A DNA stretch of 62,562 nt, filler included, from Globobulimina sp. (lineage: Eukaryota): assembly GCA_003354225.1 (NCBI GenBank). It is 26 parts of 26 records of this genome, joined end to end, with 100 filler letters (N's around TTAATTAATTAA, not from the genome) between each part and the next. Parts side by side here need not be neighbours in the genome. Positions count along the whole stretch, not along the records: positions 9,652 to 11,963 come from PIVH01007464.1; positions 12,064 to 14,375 come from PIVH01007465.1; positions 14,476 to 16,787 come from PIVH01007466.1; positions 16,888 to 19,199 come from PIVH01007467.1; positions 19,300 to 21,611 come from PIVH01007468.1; 21 more parts are not named here. One strand, 5' to 3'. The notes below the pieces were generated by a model that saw nothing but the letters and a program-made list of their open reading frames with translations, had not been told where the DNA came from and searched no databases. Position 1 is the stretch's first letter. Every line of letters begins with the position of its first letter. Position numbers and translations under genes: made by a program. This document shows, piece by piece, positions 10,173 to 21,711 of the stretch.

Positions 10173-11963
10173 TTAATCCGTACGTTTAATGGCATAATAC
10201 CATCTCTTATATGAAGAATCTGTTTCCTCCAAATTAATGCGAAACATCCTTTTAATTTGATCCAATGTCAACCTGTCCGTATCCTCAGATACATCAATAA
10301 AATATCTTGGCCATAAACTATGCATATCACTTGGAAAAAATCTTAACGCCGTGGATTGTAACCAAATATACCATCTCTGATCATATTTATACCACAATTG
10401 ATTGCGTGGGATCTGAATATGCGCAGAAATATTAAACAACCATCCCTCGGTCGAGCCGCCTCCAATACGCAGATACCGATCTTTCCCCGGAATTATACAC
10501 TGTTTAGTCAAATATATCAATGCTTCATGACAATAATCCTTCGAAAACTCATGATATGAGGTCTTTTGCTGCCGACCTAAATTGGCTTGATACACATAAA
10601 TTGTGTCATATTTCTTATTATAAAAACTTGTATTTGTTTTTTTGTCTTTATTCTCATCATATCCACCGGAACCACCACCAAAAAATCCTTTCGTAATCCA
10701 TGAGCCGGACTTCTTATGTTTGGTGCTTTTACCTTCTGCCTCATTCATGCCACCACTCTCATTCCCCGATATAGCTATATCTGCATTATACCTTCGCAAC
10801 TTATTAAACGCATCAAATTTTTCACAATTGATCCTCCAGCGACGATCCACTACGATACAGATTCTCTGATTTTTCTTGTTAAAATTATCCGTAATCTTTC
10901 GAATATATTCAATAATTTTCTTCGTTATCCTTTGCGTGATGGCAGAGTCAAAATTATTGGCGTTGTCGTTCAAACCCCGCGTCTCATTGATTGGGATATT
11001 AAAATCACTCAAACGCTGCTTAATATCACCAATTTTGCGTGTACCCGAAGAGTCATACGGCTTCGAATTGGCATCTTCAACTTTATTAAAACAGCCTAAA
11101 ATGGTAGAAATTATAGACACACATATAACAAATAAAAAACCTATGCTTAACCTGGCGGAATGATCATCATATCGATCATATATGGCACCAACAACGCGTT
11201 GTTTTTATTATACTGATTGTATCCGGAACATATCTGCTGTTCAATTTCAGTCACAATGTGCGATAACAAAATGCAATATTTCTGATATCCACTAATTTTG
11301 TCCGCGAGCTGCTTCACCGGATTTGGTCGAAACACCGGCAGAAACCGGCTGTGATACTTACGCAGGCCATCCTGCACTTTCTTAACCTGCGTTTTAGAGC
11401 AATTTTTAAAGAAATATTTCTTTGCGAAGTTTTTCGCATTCAACTCCTGTTTCTCTTCGATAGCAATTCGATCCGCAATGTCAATCAATTCAGAGGCTAA
11501 GGCTTTTTCTGTGTGCTGCGTGATACAGAAATATTGCAGTAAATCCCTGTCGTGTTTGAACATTCCTTTGCATTGTTTTTCAAAATATTTTTTTTTATTA
11601 TCTTCATCGTTTTTGGTAAAGTTGCCAGCTTTGAATAACGGAGGGGATAATTCATAGATACATTTTTCAATATAATCCATAAATACAATCAAATCGCGAT
11701 GTCGTGTTTTGAATTTATTTCGGATTTCAGGTAAGTTAGTTTCTAGATCAATAAATTTATAATGTTCGGCATTACAAAATTGTTTAAATTGTACGACTGC
11801 AGCATGTGATATTTGATTTTTTCTTAGACATAAAACAATATCATTTATACTGCGGGGATCCCGTTGTTTCATTATATCGGTTGGCACTGTAAACTGTGAT
11901 ATTGGGTTTGAAATGGCATCAAATAATTCTTCAGGAGAAAACTTTTTTGTTACCATATGTTCT
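10173..11963 (-). CDS. Uncharacterised conserved eukaryotic family, paralog A (spliced, 5' truncated)
   Basis: Intron 11096-11151 (GTTAAG..TTTAG) joins two ORFs to give IPPG-C, colinear with the unspliced paralog at 12191-13399. Confidence 0.85.
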
Positions 11964-12063
11964 NNNNNNNNNNNNNNNNNNNNNNNNNNNNNNNNNNNNN
12001 NNNNNNNTTAATTAATTAANNNNNNNNNNNNNNNNNNNNNNNNNNNNNNNNNNNNNNNNNNNN

Positions 12064-13399
12064 CAATTAATGTATATATCAGTTATAGCCGCCGGTATGG
12101 CTGCCGGTCAAAATTGAGAAAAGAGCAGAATGAGCGTGCAAAAAGATATTCGACAAACAATGTGCTGGCTTAATAAAACATGATAAACCATTGTTACATT
12201 TCATATTATTGACACAATTTACGTCTCGGGAGTTGCCCTCAGAGATTGTTGACATCGCAGATCGAATCTATATCGAAGAGAAGCGCAGGTTGACCAAGAA
12301 ACAATTTGTACAGAACAACTTCTTCAAACACATTGACGATAAACAGAAATCGACGGTGTATCTAGGGCTCACCCATTACCATCATCGGTTTATGCCGGAG
12401 TTTCGACATCGACCACTCAGACTTTTGGTGGATAAAATCAGCGGTTACCAGAAATATTGCATATTATTGTCGCATATAGTTGACAATATTTGCAACAATC
12501 CTCAAAATAACAGGCAGTCCATGGCCACGGCAACCAAAGGATGGGGTGTCGAGTGCAAGAATGATGAAAGTGGCGCCGCCATCGGCTGTGTGCCGTTGTT
12601 GTTGGATATGAGCGTCATACCGCCGGGATGCCAGCAACACGCAGAAAAGCGAAGATATGACGCAAATGGCGTGAATATTGTTGTTGGTGACATAGTGGGC
12701 AAATTGAAGGCATTTGATATTGCATTTGAAGGCATACAAGGTTTAAAAAGCAAATATAATAATTTTGATGAAGCGATTGGAAGAAGGATTGCTAAACAAA
12801 TTGTGAATGCCATTAGGAAATTAACGAATAATTTTACGAAGTCACACCAGAGAATATGTATTGTTGTAGATAGGCGGTGGCGGATAAACTGTAGGAATGA
12901 ATGGATTGGATATGATAAATTAAGGAAAAGTGTTGGAAAGAGTTTGGGTCAAAGTTGGCATAAACGGAATAGTGACACAATTTATGTCTATTCACCAAAT
13001 TTGAAAGCAAAGAAAACATATCATACATTTACAGAGAATTATATTCATGAAACATTGTTATATTTGACCAAAAGGTGTATTATCCCAAATAAAAAGGGAC
13101 AGCATCTTGGTGGCGATACAGCGGACGGATGGACGTTTAACATATCTGCCCACATTGAGACCTCGTGCCAGCCACATTTTTATAAAACAAATATGCGATG
13201 GTACCTATTTTTGCAAGGAGCGGCAATCCGATTTTTTACGGATGATATGGTGAAATTATGGACAAATTATTTTGCACATTGTGACGAGGATAAAGGCAGA
13301 ATGCAAATGGAGAAAATAAACAAAGAGTTCAGAATTGATTTGGCTGAATCTGATTGCAGTTATAAACGATGGTATTGTGCTATAAAAAGATCTGAGTGA
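12064..13399 (+). CDS. Uncharacterised conserved eukaryotic family, paralog B (5' end disrupted)
   Basis: Shares DKISGYQKYCILLSHIV, QRICIVVDRRWRINC, FNISAHI and SYKRWYxAIKR with paralog A. The first ~90 nt still align to A but contain a TAG and frameshifts. Confidence 0.85.
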
Positions 13400-13448
13400 T
13401 GCATCATTTTTAATAAAATTAAACTTGAAAAATAAAACTCAAAGAATA

Positions 13449-13826
13449 ATGAACTCGTCGCCGGCACAGCTTTATGTCCGACACGCAGTCAAAGCATCAT
13501 TGGTTGAATACATTGATAAATACATGATGATTATACTGAGAGATGGCACAGTGTACATTGGCGAATTACGTACATTTGATCAATTTACAAATGTTGTATT
13601 GGAGGATGCGTGGATTCGTAATTATATTCAAGACAAACTGTATGAAAAGTTTATTGGCACATTGCTGATTCGTGGTGATAATGTTGTATTTTTTGCGGAG
13701 ATTGATCCAAATAAAGACTCAGCATTGGAGAGAATCAATCAGCATCAATACGAACAATTGAAAAAAAATAAAAACAAAAATGAAAAGGATTTTGCAACAT
13801 TGTTTTCACAATATTTAAATGATTGA
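13449..13826 (+). CDS. LSM1: Sm-like protein LSm1
   Basis: ASLVEYIDKYMMIILRDGTVYIGELRTFDQFTNVVLED...LLIRGDNVVFFAEID matches LSm1 Sm1/Sm2 motifs. Confidence 0.88.
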   Translation: MNSSPAQLYVRHAVKASLVEYIDKYMMIILRDGTVYIGELRTFDQFTNVVLEDAWIRNYIQDKLYEKFIGTLLIRGDNVVFFAEIDPNKDSALERINQHQYEQLKKNKNKNEKDFATLFSQYLND

Positions 13827-13853
13827 GAATGAGTCCATCCTTGCACTGTATGT

Positions 13854-14237
13854 TCAATTCGAAATTGTTTCACTATGTTTCAGCCAATGCTTCAAATCGA
13901 TGTTAAATTCTCGATATTGGTCAATCATAAGCCAATGGCCCGCATCATATCCTTTATAGAAACAATTGCCATTTTGCTTCAAATAGTTTCTCCATCTCTT
14001 TGTATGAAACTTAATCGAAAAATTCTCACCAAATCCAAAAAATATATTTTCATTTTGCGGCATATTGGAAATGGTCAAATCGTCACAATTCACATCATAT
14101 CCGCCAATATTTAATCGTCTGCGCCATAAATGAAAATATGAATAATTTGCATAATTTGAAATTTCATTTATTTTCCATTCGCGACATAATGGACATCCCG
14201 GAATATACAACAAAATAAAAATAAACCATTTCGCAAT
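13854..14237 (-). CDS. Alpha/beta hydrolase, C-terminal part
   Basis: DAGHWLMIDQYREFN catalytic-His motif near the C-terminus. Confidence 0.65.
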   Translation of the reverse strand: MAKWFIFILLYIPGCPLCREWKINEISNYANYSYFHLWRRRLNIGGYDVNCDDLTISNMPQNENIFFGFGENFSIKFHTKRWRNYLKQNGNCFYKGYDAGHWLMIDQYREFNIDLKHWLKHSETISN

Positions 14238-14796
14238 TTAACTACTTTAACATGGCAGCATGCCATGTCACACTCTATTGTTTATTATCCCACTTTGCCA
14301 ACTCTTGCTCTCATATTTCCTTTTAGGTGCTGTTAAAGATTGGACAGAGTTTAGGGTGTTTTTAAACACCGACTCNNNNNNNNNNNNNNNNNNNNNNNNN
14401 NNNNNNNNNNNNNNNNNNNTTAATTAATTAANNNNNNNNNNNNNNNNNNNNNNNNNNNNNNNNNNNNNNNNNNNNTAATGACCTATATTTAGATAAAGAT
14501 TTATTGCAAAATGAAGAAAAGATGTTTGCACAATGTTTGAAAGTGTTAAATATTAATATGGATGATATTGCCAAACACATAATGAATGCCAAATATCTCC
14601 CAAATGACAACTAATTGATTAATTTTCTTGCGTTTTCTGCAAAACTGCTTTGTACGATTTACAATAATGACTGTTGAAGTATTATCCTTGCACTGCAATA
14701 AAAAAGAAACAAAATCAAGAAGTTCAAAAAAAAAACGATTTCAAGTTTGTATCTTCGAAATTCTCACAAAAACGCACCAAACGCATTTGCAACGCA

Positions 14797-15684
14797 CTAT
14801 TTTTTCTTCTTCTTTTTTTTAAACGTAAAGCTCCACATTTTACCTCCCATTTTATTATCAACCACAACCACACCTTCCTGCTTTGTCGAATATCCGTAAT
14901 AATCGCCATTCAATGGATCACTATGAAAATTATAACATCCTAACAAATGCCTAACTTTCCTTCGTTTTTTCGCTCCATTTCCATTCAAATACTGACAATC
15001 AATTACATCGTCAATACCTTCCTTCTCCATTACTTTCCTACGTCGTTTACGTTTGTTTTTGCTTTTTTCCATCACTCCAAAATCATTATTATCATTTCTT
15101 GATTTATTACAATGTGACACCGGTTTCCATTCCTCATCGTCAGAAGAATGGTGTTTTTTAACTGAAAACACATTATCCGGCAATTCGTCATTAACATCAA
15201 AATCGGATAAATCATCCTTATACACTGCCGGTTGAACGCACTGCGAACAAAACCAATTTGTTTCAGAGGGCACAGTGGCTAAACCAATGCAAAACGTATG
15301 GTAGATTTTGTCGCAAGAATCGCAAATTACTGCATATTCATCAGTGGACGGATCAGTTGATTTGCATACTTCACATGCTTGATTGTCCCAATATTGGTCA
15401 TTGCCAAGCATATCATAACTTAAATCATCGCGTTGTAATTTTTGTTCTCGATTCTCGACTGGAATGAGTTGATGTGTTTGTAGCGATGTGATGTATGTAA
15501 ATCGAAGTTTGCAGAATGGACATTTGTTGGTGATCTGACTCCACGTTTTGATGCAATCCAAATGGAATGTATGCTTGCAGCATGAAATTGTGGCTGTGTT
15601 TTTGAGTTTGGCATATTGGCAGATTGGACAGAGTCCTTCGATGGGCAGATTCGAAGCCATTGTGGTAAGTAAAGTTTTTGCCAT
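14797..15684 (-). CDS. RING + PHD finger protein (PHRF1-like)
   Basis: CPIC..CCKHTFHLDCIKTWSQITNKCPFCK RING; CEVC..ICDSCDKIYHTFCIGL..WFCSQC PHD. The 3' end is uncertain. Confidence 0.88.
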   Translation of the reverse strand: MAKTLLTTMASNLPIEGLCPICQYAKLKNTATISCCKHTFHLDCIKTWSQITNKCPFCKLRFTYITSLQTHQLIPVENREQKLQRDDLSYDMLGNDQYWDNQACEVCKSTDPSTDEYAVICDSCDKIYHTFCIGLATVPSETNWFCSQCVQPAVYKDDLSDFDVNDELPDNVFSVKKHHSSDDEEWKPVSHCNKSRNDNNDFGVMEKSKNKRKRRRKVMEKEGIDDVIDCQYLNGNGAKKRRKVRHLLGCYNFHSDPLNGDYYGYSTKQEGVVVVDNKMGGKMWSFTFKKKKKKK

Positions 15685-15866
15685 TTAAGAAAATGTTTAA
15701 TTTGGAAAATTAAATTAAAACCCAGTATGAAATAAAACATTGGTAATTTGTAAAAAAAATAAATAAAAACAGGATACTACTAAACCAAAATCCAAACCTT
15801 AAAAAAAACCCAAGATTATAAATTATAAATATAAATAAATAAAAAAGTTGTGTTGTGGCGATCATT

Positions 15867-16787
15867 TCAGTTTGATGTCATTTTATCGATTAATGTACTT
15901 AGAATAAACGGTGAATGATGCAACATTGTATTATAATATTCCGTTTTTTTAATTGTTTTAATATTTTTAATCATATATCTCCATAAAATATCATGTTCTT
16001 TAATAAATTGTATTTGTTTGACATGATTAAATTTATTAGTCTCAAAATGCAATAACAAAAAACAAACATTTGAGACAGATAGATTTAAAATAAATTGATT
16101 ACAACACTCTGTAATTAAGGAAGTAACTTCGTAATATTCCGCGCAACGAAACAATTCAAATAAATATTGGATATTTGATGATAATATTTCATTACTAATA
16201 ACGCCAAAATACATAAATTTAATCATATTTTTTATAATAAAATAACTCCACAAAGAGTTCTCTAAATCTATTTCATTTTTTTGACTCTCAATAAATGAAC
16301 AATGATTTCCGTTGGATGGATTGAACATTTTCTGGAAAACTAAGGATGAATGAATTAATACACATTTATGAACCGATATTAATTTAATTTTACCATTCAT
16401 GGTCTTACATTTTATGATGACGTCACAAAATGTTTTATCTGTATACATTGCCGAAAGTATATTATTCGAACAGTTTGTGCTAGAATGGCTAAGTCCGGAT
16501 ACCGCACCAAACGAATTTATAAATTTATTATAGATTTCATGTTCAATATTTTTGATTTTCGATGCAGTTTGAAATAATTCAATTTTTACACTTAATTCTA
16601 ATCTGTTATTATCACTTTCAGATTGAATCAACAATTCCTCAGAACAGAAATTCCTAAAAACAAAAAAAAAACACGTCATATATACACATTGATATTTGCA
16701 TACAAAGAAAACAGCAAATTAACTAAACGGAAAACCAACACCTAAATGATAATCATCCCGAATCGAGCTCTGTTTCTCATGCTCACC
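15867..16787 (-). CDS. BTB/POZ domain protein (spliced, 5' truncated)
   Basis: FCDVIIKC..ISVHKCVLIHSSLVFQKMF..MIKFMYFG..LFRCAEYYEVTSL; probable intron about 16655-16741. Confidence 0.88.
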
Positions 16788-16942
16788 NNNNNNNNNNNNN
16801 NNNNNNNNNNNNNNNNNNNNNNNNNNNNNNNTTAATTAATTAANNNNNNNNNNNNNNNNNNNNNNNNNNNNNNNNNNNNNNNNNNNNTTTTATAATTAAA
16901 CCTTGATATCGTTGCTGAGACGAATAAAATTGTACTGAATTA

Positions 16943-17010
16943 GTGACTTTGCTTTCGATTCAGTTAATGAGTGACTTTGCTTTCGATTCAGTGACTTTGC
17001 TTTCGATTCA
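16943..17010. repeat. 20-bp direct repeat GTGACTTTGCTTTCGATTCA x3
   Basis: Copies at 16943, 16971 and 16991. Confidence 0.9.
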
Positions 17011-17230
17011 GTTAAATGCACGAATTCTATTCGTAAACTGTTATTTTCATATTGAACATTCATATTATTTTCTGACACCCTTGTTTTTCATTGTATTGTC
17101 TCAGTATTCTTTGTTTTTGCGTTTGGTGGGTTTCAAACTAAATGGAAAATATCGTTATCGAAAAGCAAAAGACTTATCGAAAACAACATCCTTTACTCTG
17201 ATTCAATATGAAATGACATAATCAATATTA

Positions 17231-19199
17231 TCAAAGCGCAGAATGCATTCGAGTCTGTGTATCGAGATAAAGTTGAAATAGTTTATCCTTTTCATTATTA
17301 TTTTTATTTTTATTTTTAAAGCTATGATAATACATGGCATTGTTTAACGATTTATCATTGATTAATTCCGCATTATTTGATTTTGTCGCTAAACTATGAA
17401 ACAATCGTTTATATAATGAAATCATTTGTATTCTCATTCTAAATTGATTAAATCCATCGGAATTTGGTAACAATGTTAACAGTCCATTGACAATTTGAAA
17501 CAATTGGAACCAAATCCCATCCAAATCCAAACATAATAATTGCAATCTTAAATGTAAAAAAATCGGCGACTCCAATAAATGAATCAACTCATCGATTTCC
17601 AATAAAAATTGTACCGATTTATGCACAAATATATCTTTCTTAAATTGATTGACTAACATCAAGCCCAAATCATATCTTTGCGCCAATAAACACAGCGACA
17701 GCAACGATATCGGCGAACAACACCACGTTTTATATAAAATTAAAAAAATATTACTGTCGCTATCATAATTAATATTATGTTTAATAATTTCGCGCAATGG
17801 ATACAATTCTTTCGTAGTCAGCAATATCAAATTCAACAAACGGACCATATTCCTGACAAACCTTTTCTTTTTCGAATGATTCTTCAAAATTAAATTGGCC
17901 AACAACGAATATATTTTCTTACAATCTAACAACTGACACAAGGTCGTAATGATTAGCTTGCCTTTGTTATGTAGCACCTTCTGGTTCTTATAAAATAGCG
18001 ATAACAAATTGGTCAATAACTCGACAAATATCTCACTGTGACACGACAAGCGAGCCAATACTTGCAATGTCATATTAGTCATAATCTCGTCATTATCATT
18101 TTGAATCGGATCGCATAACCGTTCAAAGCACACTTTTAATAACTTATCATTTGGTATATGCACGAATGGCAAATCAAATAACAACGAACTTATCCATTTC
18201 AATGAAGCGATTCTACTGTGAATGCCATCGCCGTTTATCCCCGCAATCAAAATGTCTAAAACTAAACTAATATCAAACAAGTCATATTTATTTAGATTTA
18301 TCCCATCGTCTTCCTTCAATTCGGCAATCATATCTGACACAAAATCATTCTCCAAATCTCTGTCATTATCCACACGATCTACATGCTCATATTCGTGCGA
18401 CTCGCATAATACTAAAATCATTAAATGTTCGTTCAACAATGAAGCAGTTTTCTGGATCCGTTTATCATTCATCGCAAATAATATTGCTCGCAATATCGAC
18501 GCATATAACTTCTTCAAGCGCTCGCCACCAAAAGTTATAAATGTATCCAACCAGGTCAATGCCACTGTTTTTTGCGTGGCGTTGCCAACTTCTTTCATGA
18601 CCTCTTTTGAGCCAATGGCAAAACCATAATTAGTGTTGCTGTGACTACCAAAACTATAGGACGCCGTTAATGATTCCTCCCCTTCTTTTTTATGTTTGTA
18701 CTCCAAAATCGCTTCGATTTGTAAATCCGAGCTAGAATCATCTTCATTTTTAGTGGTTTCTTCGTCGCCTTCGGTGGTATTATTGGGCGCAATCTCTCGT
18801 TGATACATATCATTAGTTAGCATAGCTTGCAATTTCTCATTATCAGACATTATAATCTCCACTAAATTCATCACAATGCGCTGAATATCAAAGCTCTCCG
18901 ACGGATGGATGTCAGTCACATCGCGTTGCAAATATTCGCTGATTTCGGCTAAAAAGTCAGCCATAATCTGTTGCGTTAATTGTGTGTCTTTGGGCAATTT
19001 CCTTTTATGCCGGGCATGGTGTGTTCGTGGGTTGACATTATACATTCGATGGTCAATAACCAAGGCAAATAATGGATTTATAAAATGGTGCAGATATACT
19101 AAGAAATAAATATCCGGCTCGGCGTCTAAAGCGATAATCCAATCCAGAGCTAATATGCGGACACGTTGCGATTTGCTGCGGATTAAAGATTGTAAGATG
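17231..19199 (-). CDS. VAC14: VAC14 homolog (PIKfyve/Fab1 complex scaffold), 5' truncated
   Basis: LNLILLTTKELYPLRE, LYKTWCCSPISLLSLCLLAQRY and LIHLLESPIFLHLRLQLL are Fig4-binding-domain motifs; frame is open to the contig end. Confidence 0.9.
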
Positions 19200-19299
19200 N
19201 NNNNNNNNNNNNNNNNNNNNNNNNNNNNNNNNNNNNNNNNNNNTTAATTAATTAANNNNNNNNNNNNNNNNNNNNNNNNNNNNNNNNNNNNNNNNNNNN

Positions 19300-21341
19300 A
19301 AATTAAAACTCATCAAACTAAATCGATCGGCAACCACCAAAAACTGATCGACTTTACTCAATAAATGAAAGGAATCAATCAACAGTTCCAACGATATCCT
19401 ATCATAATATGTAAAGGCAAAGATGTGCATCTCTGGGTTAATAATATAGTATTTACTGGCATCCAATACAAACTCTATACTTTTATCACGCATTAAATCC
19501 AAATCATTATACGTCCCGTCGGCATCTAACACCTTCACCGGTATCTCCCATAATTGTTCCACGCCAATCCGTGTCTGCCCACCAATACGTGGCCGAATTC
19601 TCTCCTGCGTCAATACAAAATGCACCTTGCCATCCTCACGTACACTCACATCCACCTTCAACATGGGCAGACCCGCCTGCTTCACCCACGAATTCATCAT
19701 ATTTATAACCTTTTTGCCACCCAATTCATCAAACAATTGCTCTGTATTCGCGTTACTAAACTTATACTTGTTCAAATACTGTCGAATCTTGACAAAAAAT
19801 TCACCGCTGTCCGGGCCCGTGGTATGTTGCTGATTGCCACCCAAATATTGATACAACATATGCAGTACACCCGCGCCTTTATGATAAGTAATGCCATCGA
19901 ACAACGCCCGTACATCCGTAGGGTCCTCTACTTTCAACACAATCTGATGCGTTTCAGAGGAGGCGTCCCGTAGCATCGCACGGTGCGTCTCGAAATAAAA
20001 AGTATCCCATAGCAAATATTCAGGATGCACATGATTGCCACCTACAAACTCCATAAACGCAGCAAAACCTTCATTTAACCAAATATCGCTCCACCACGAC
20101 ATAGTGACCAGATTACCAAACCATTGGTGGCTGAATTCGTGGGCAATCACCAAGGCGACGTGTTGCTTGATGTTCAAAGTGGATTTTTTCATGTCACACA
20201 TCAAGCGAATGTCGCGGTAGGTCACCATGCCCAAATTCTCCATGGCGCCGGCTTTGAAATCGTTCACCGCGAGGCTGTACATCTTGGATAAGGGGAATTT
20301 TATACGTAGTAGTTTCTCGTAAAAAGTTAATACTTTTAACGACATATCCAGGGCAAATTTCGCTCTCTTCGGGTTTTGCAAAGGGAAATAGATGCGTTGG
20401 TTGACGCCGTTCATAGAGCCTTCCACAAAGTTGTAATCGCCGATGGCGACGGCGGTTAAATAGGTCGACATCTTGGGCGTGGTTTCAAATTGCACGATTT
20501 TGCAGTCATAATGCTCGCCGTCGTGCATGTTGAAATAGCAATCTTTGCGCGGCGAGGCTTTCTCACTGTGTGCAAGGATAGGTTTGTATACATGGTACAT
20601 ACTGAGATATAGATTTATATATTAACGTAACTGTGCTAAGGCATTGCCAATAACGGAGGCCTTTGCCGGTGCGATTAGGGTGATGGTGAAGGTAGCTTTT
20701 AAGGCAGGTTCGTCGAAACAGGGATAAAACTTGCGAGCGTTTGTAGCTTCGAAATGAGTGACGCCGTTATGGATTAGTTTGTTGTTGTAACGAAAAGAGG
20801 AGATATAGAATCCCTTCATATCAATTTGTATGATGCCGATGTACTGTATAAATAGCATAGCGTTTATGGAGTATTTGTATTGATGTTTTTTCATATATTT
20901 TAAGATTTCGCTGTTTCGAATCTTAAATTTCATGGCTACGATTTGTGTGGTTGTGTCGACTGAGGCGGATTTCATTGGAATGGCATGTTTCATTTTGTCG
21001 ATGTAGAGCGTGCAATAATTGATCATGATGTCAAAGGCATTGATTTCTATAATTAACCAATCGTTTTCGTTGAATAAAGCGTCTTTTAGTATCACGAGGT
21101 CGATGTTTTCTTGTCCATTAAAGGTGAAATTACTGAAATATGGATGGATTGTGATGTTGTATGAGACTGGATATACGGTGGTGGGGAGCCTGTATTGTGA
21201 TACTCCCATACCCCAGAAATTCTTACCACGTGTTGGTAGGTGTTGTTTTTTGGTTTTTGTTAATGTTGTGAGTTCATTTGAATTACAACGGGGAATGTAG
21301 GTTAATGTCCATATGGACAATAATAAGCTATATAGATGCAT
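19300..21341 (-). CDS. M1 family aminopeptidase N (spliced, 3' truncated)
   Basis: Signal peptide, YRLP, ARKFYPCFDEP, GAMEN, HEFSH..WLNEGFA, ITYHKGA; 30-nt intron 20602-20631 restores the frame. Confidence 0.95.
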
Positions 21342-21711
21342 TTTGCTATAGGTTTTTAGGTACAAGATATTTCTCCATTTAGTATATTTTATAGCAAAAG
21401 GCACATGTTTCTATCCTGATGCCTGGGGTTTTTAAGTTTCACAGCAAAAAATCTTTACCATGAATGATAATGACTAGAATTTTGAGGGATCGCACAAACG
21501 AGTCGATAAATTTAAAATTTCACATTAGTATTTTATGCTGGATTTGCAAAAATATCAACCTCAATTAAATAACAGTATTTGGTGCATGTGCATGTTGAAT
21601 TAGATTATTATNNNNNNNNNNNNNNNNNNNNNNNNNNNNNNNNNNNNNNNNNNNNTTAATTAATTAANNNNNNNNNNNNNNNNNNNNNNNNNNNNNNNNN
21701 NNNNNNNNNNN

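Noticed and set aside
9652-14375. Divergent tandem arrangement of the two paralogs as a gene cluster
   Set aside because: They are on different contigs that are adjacent only because of length sorting.
16943-17010. Mini CRISPR array
   Set aside because: Repeats are 20 nt with spacers of 8 and 0 nt, on a eukaryotic contig with no cas genes.
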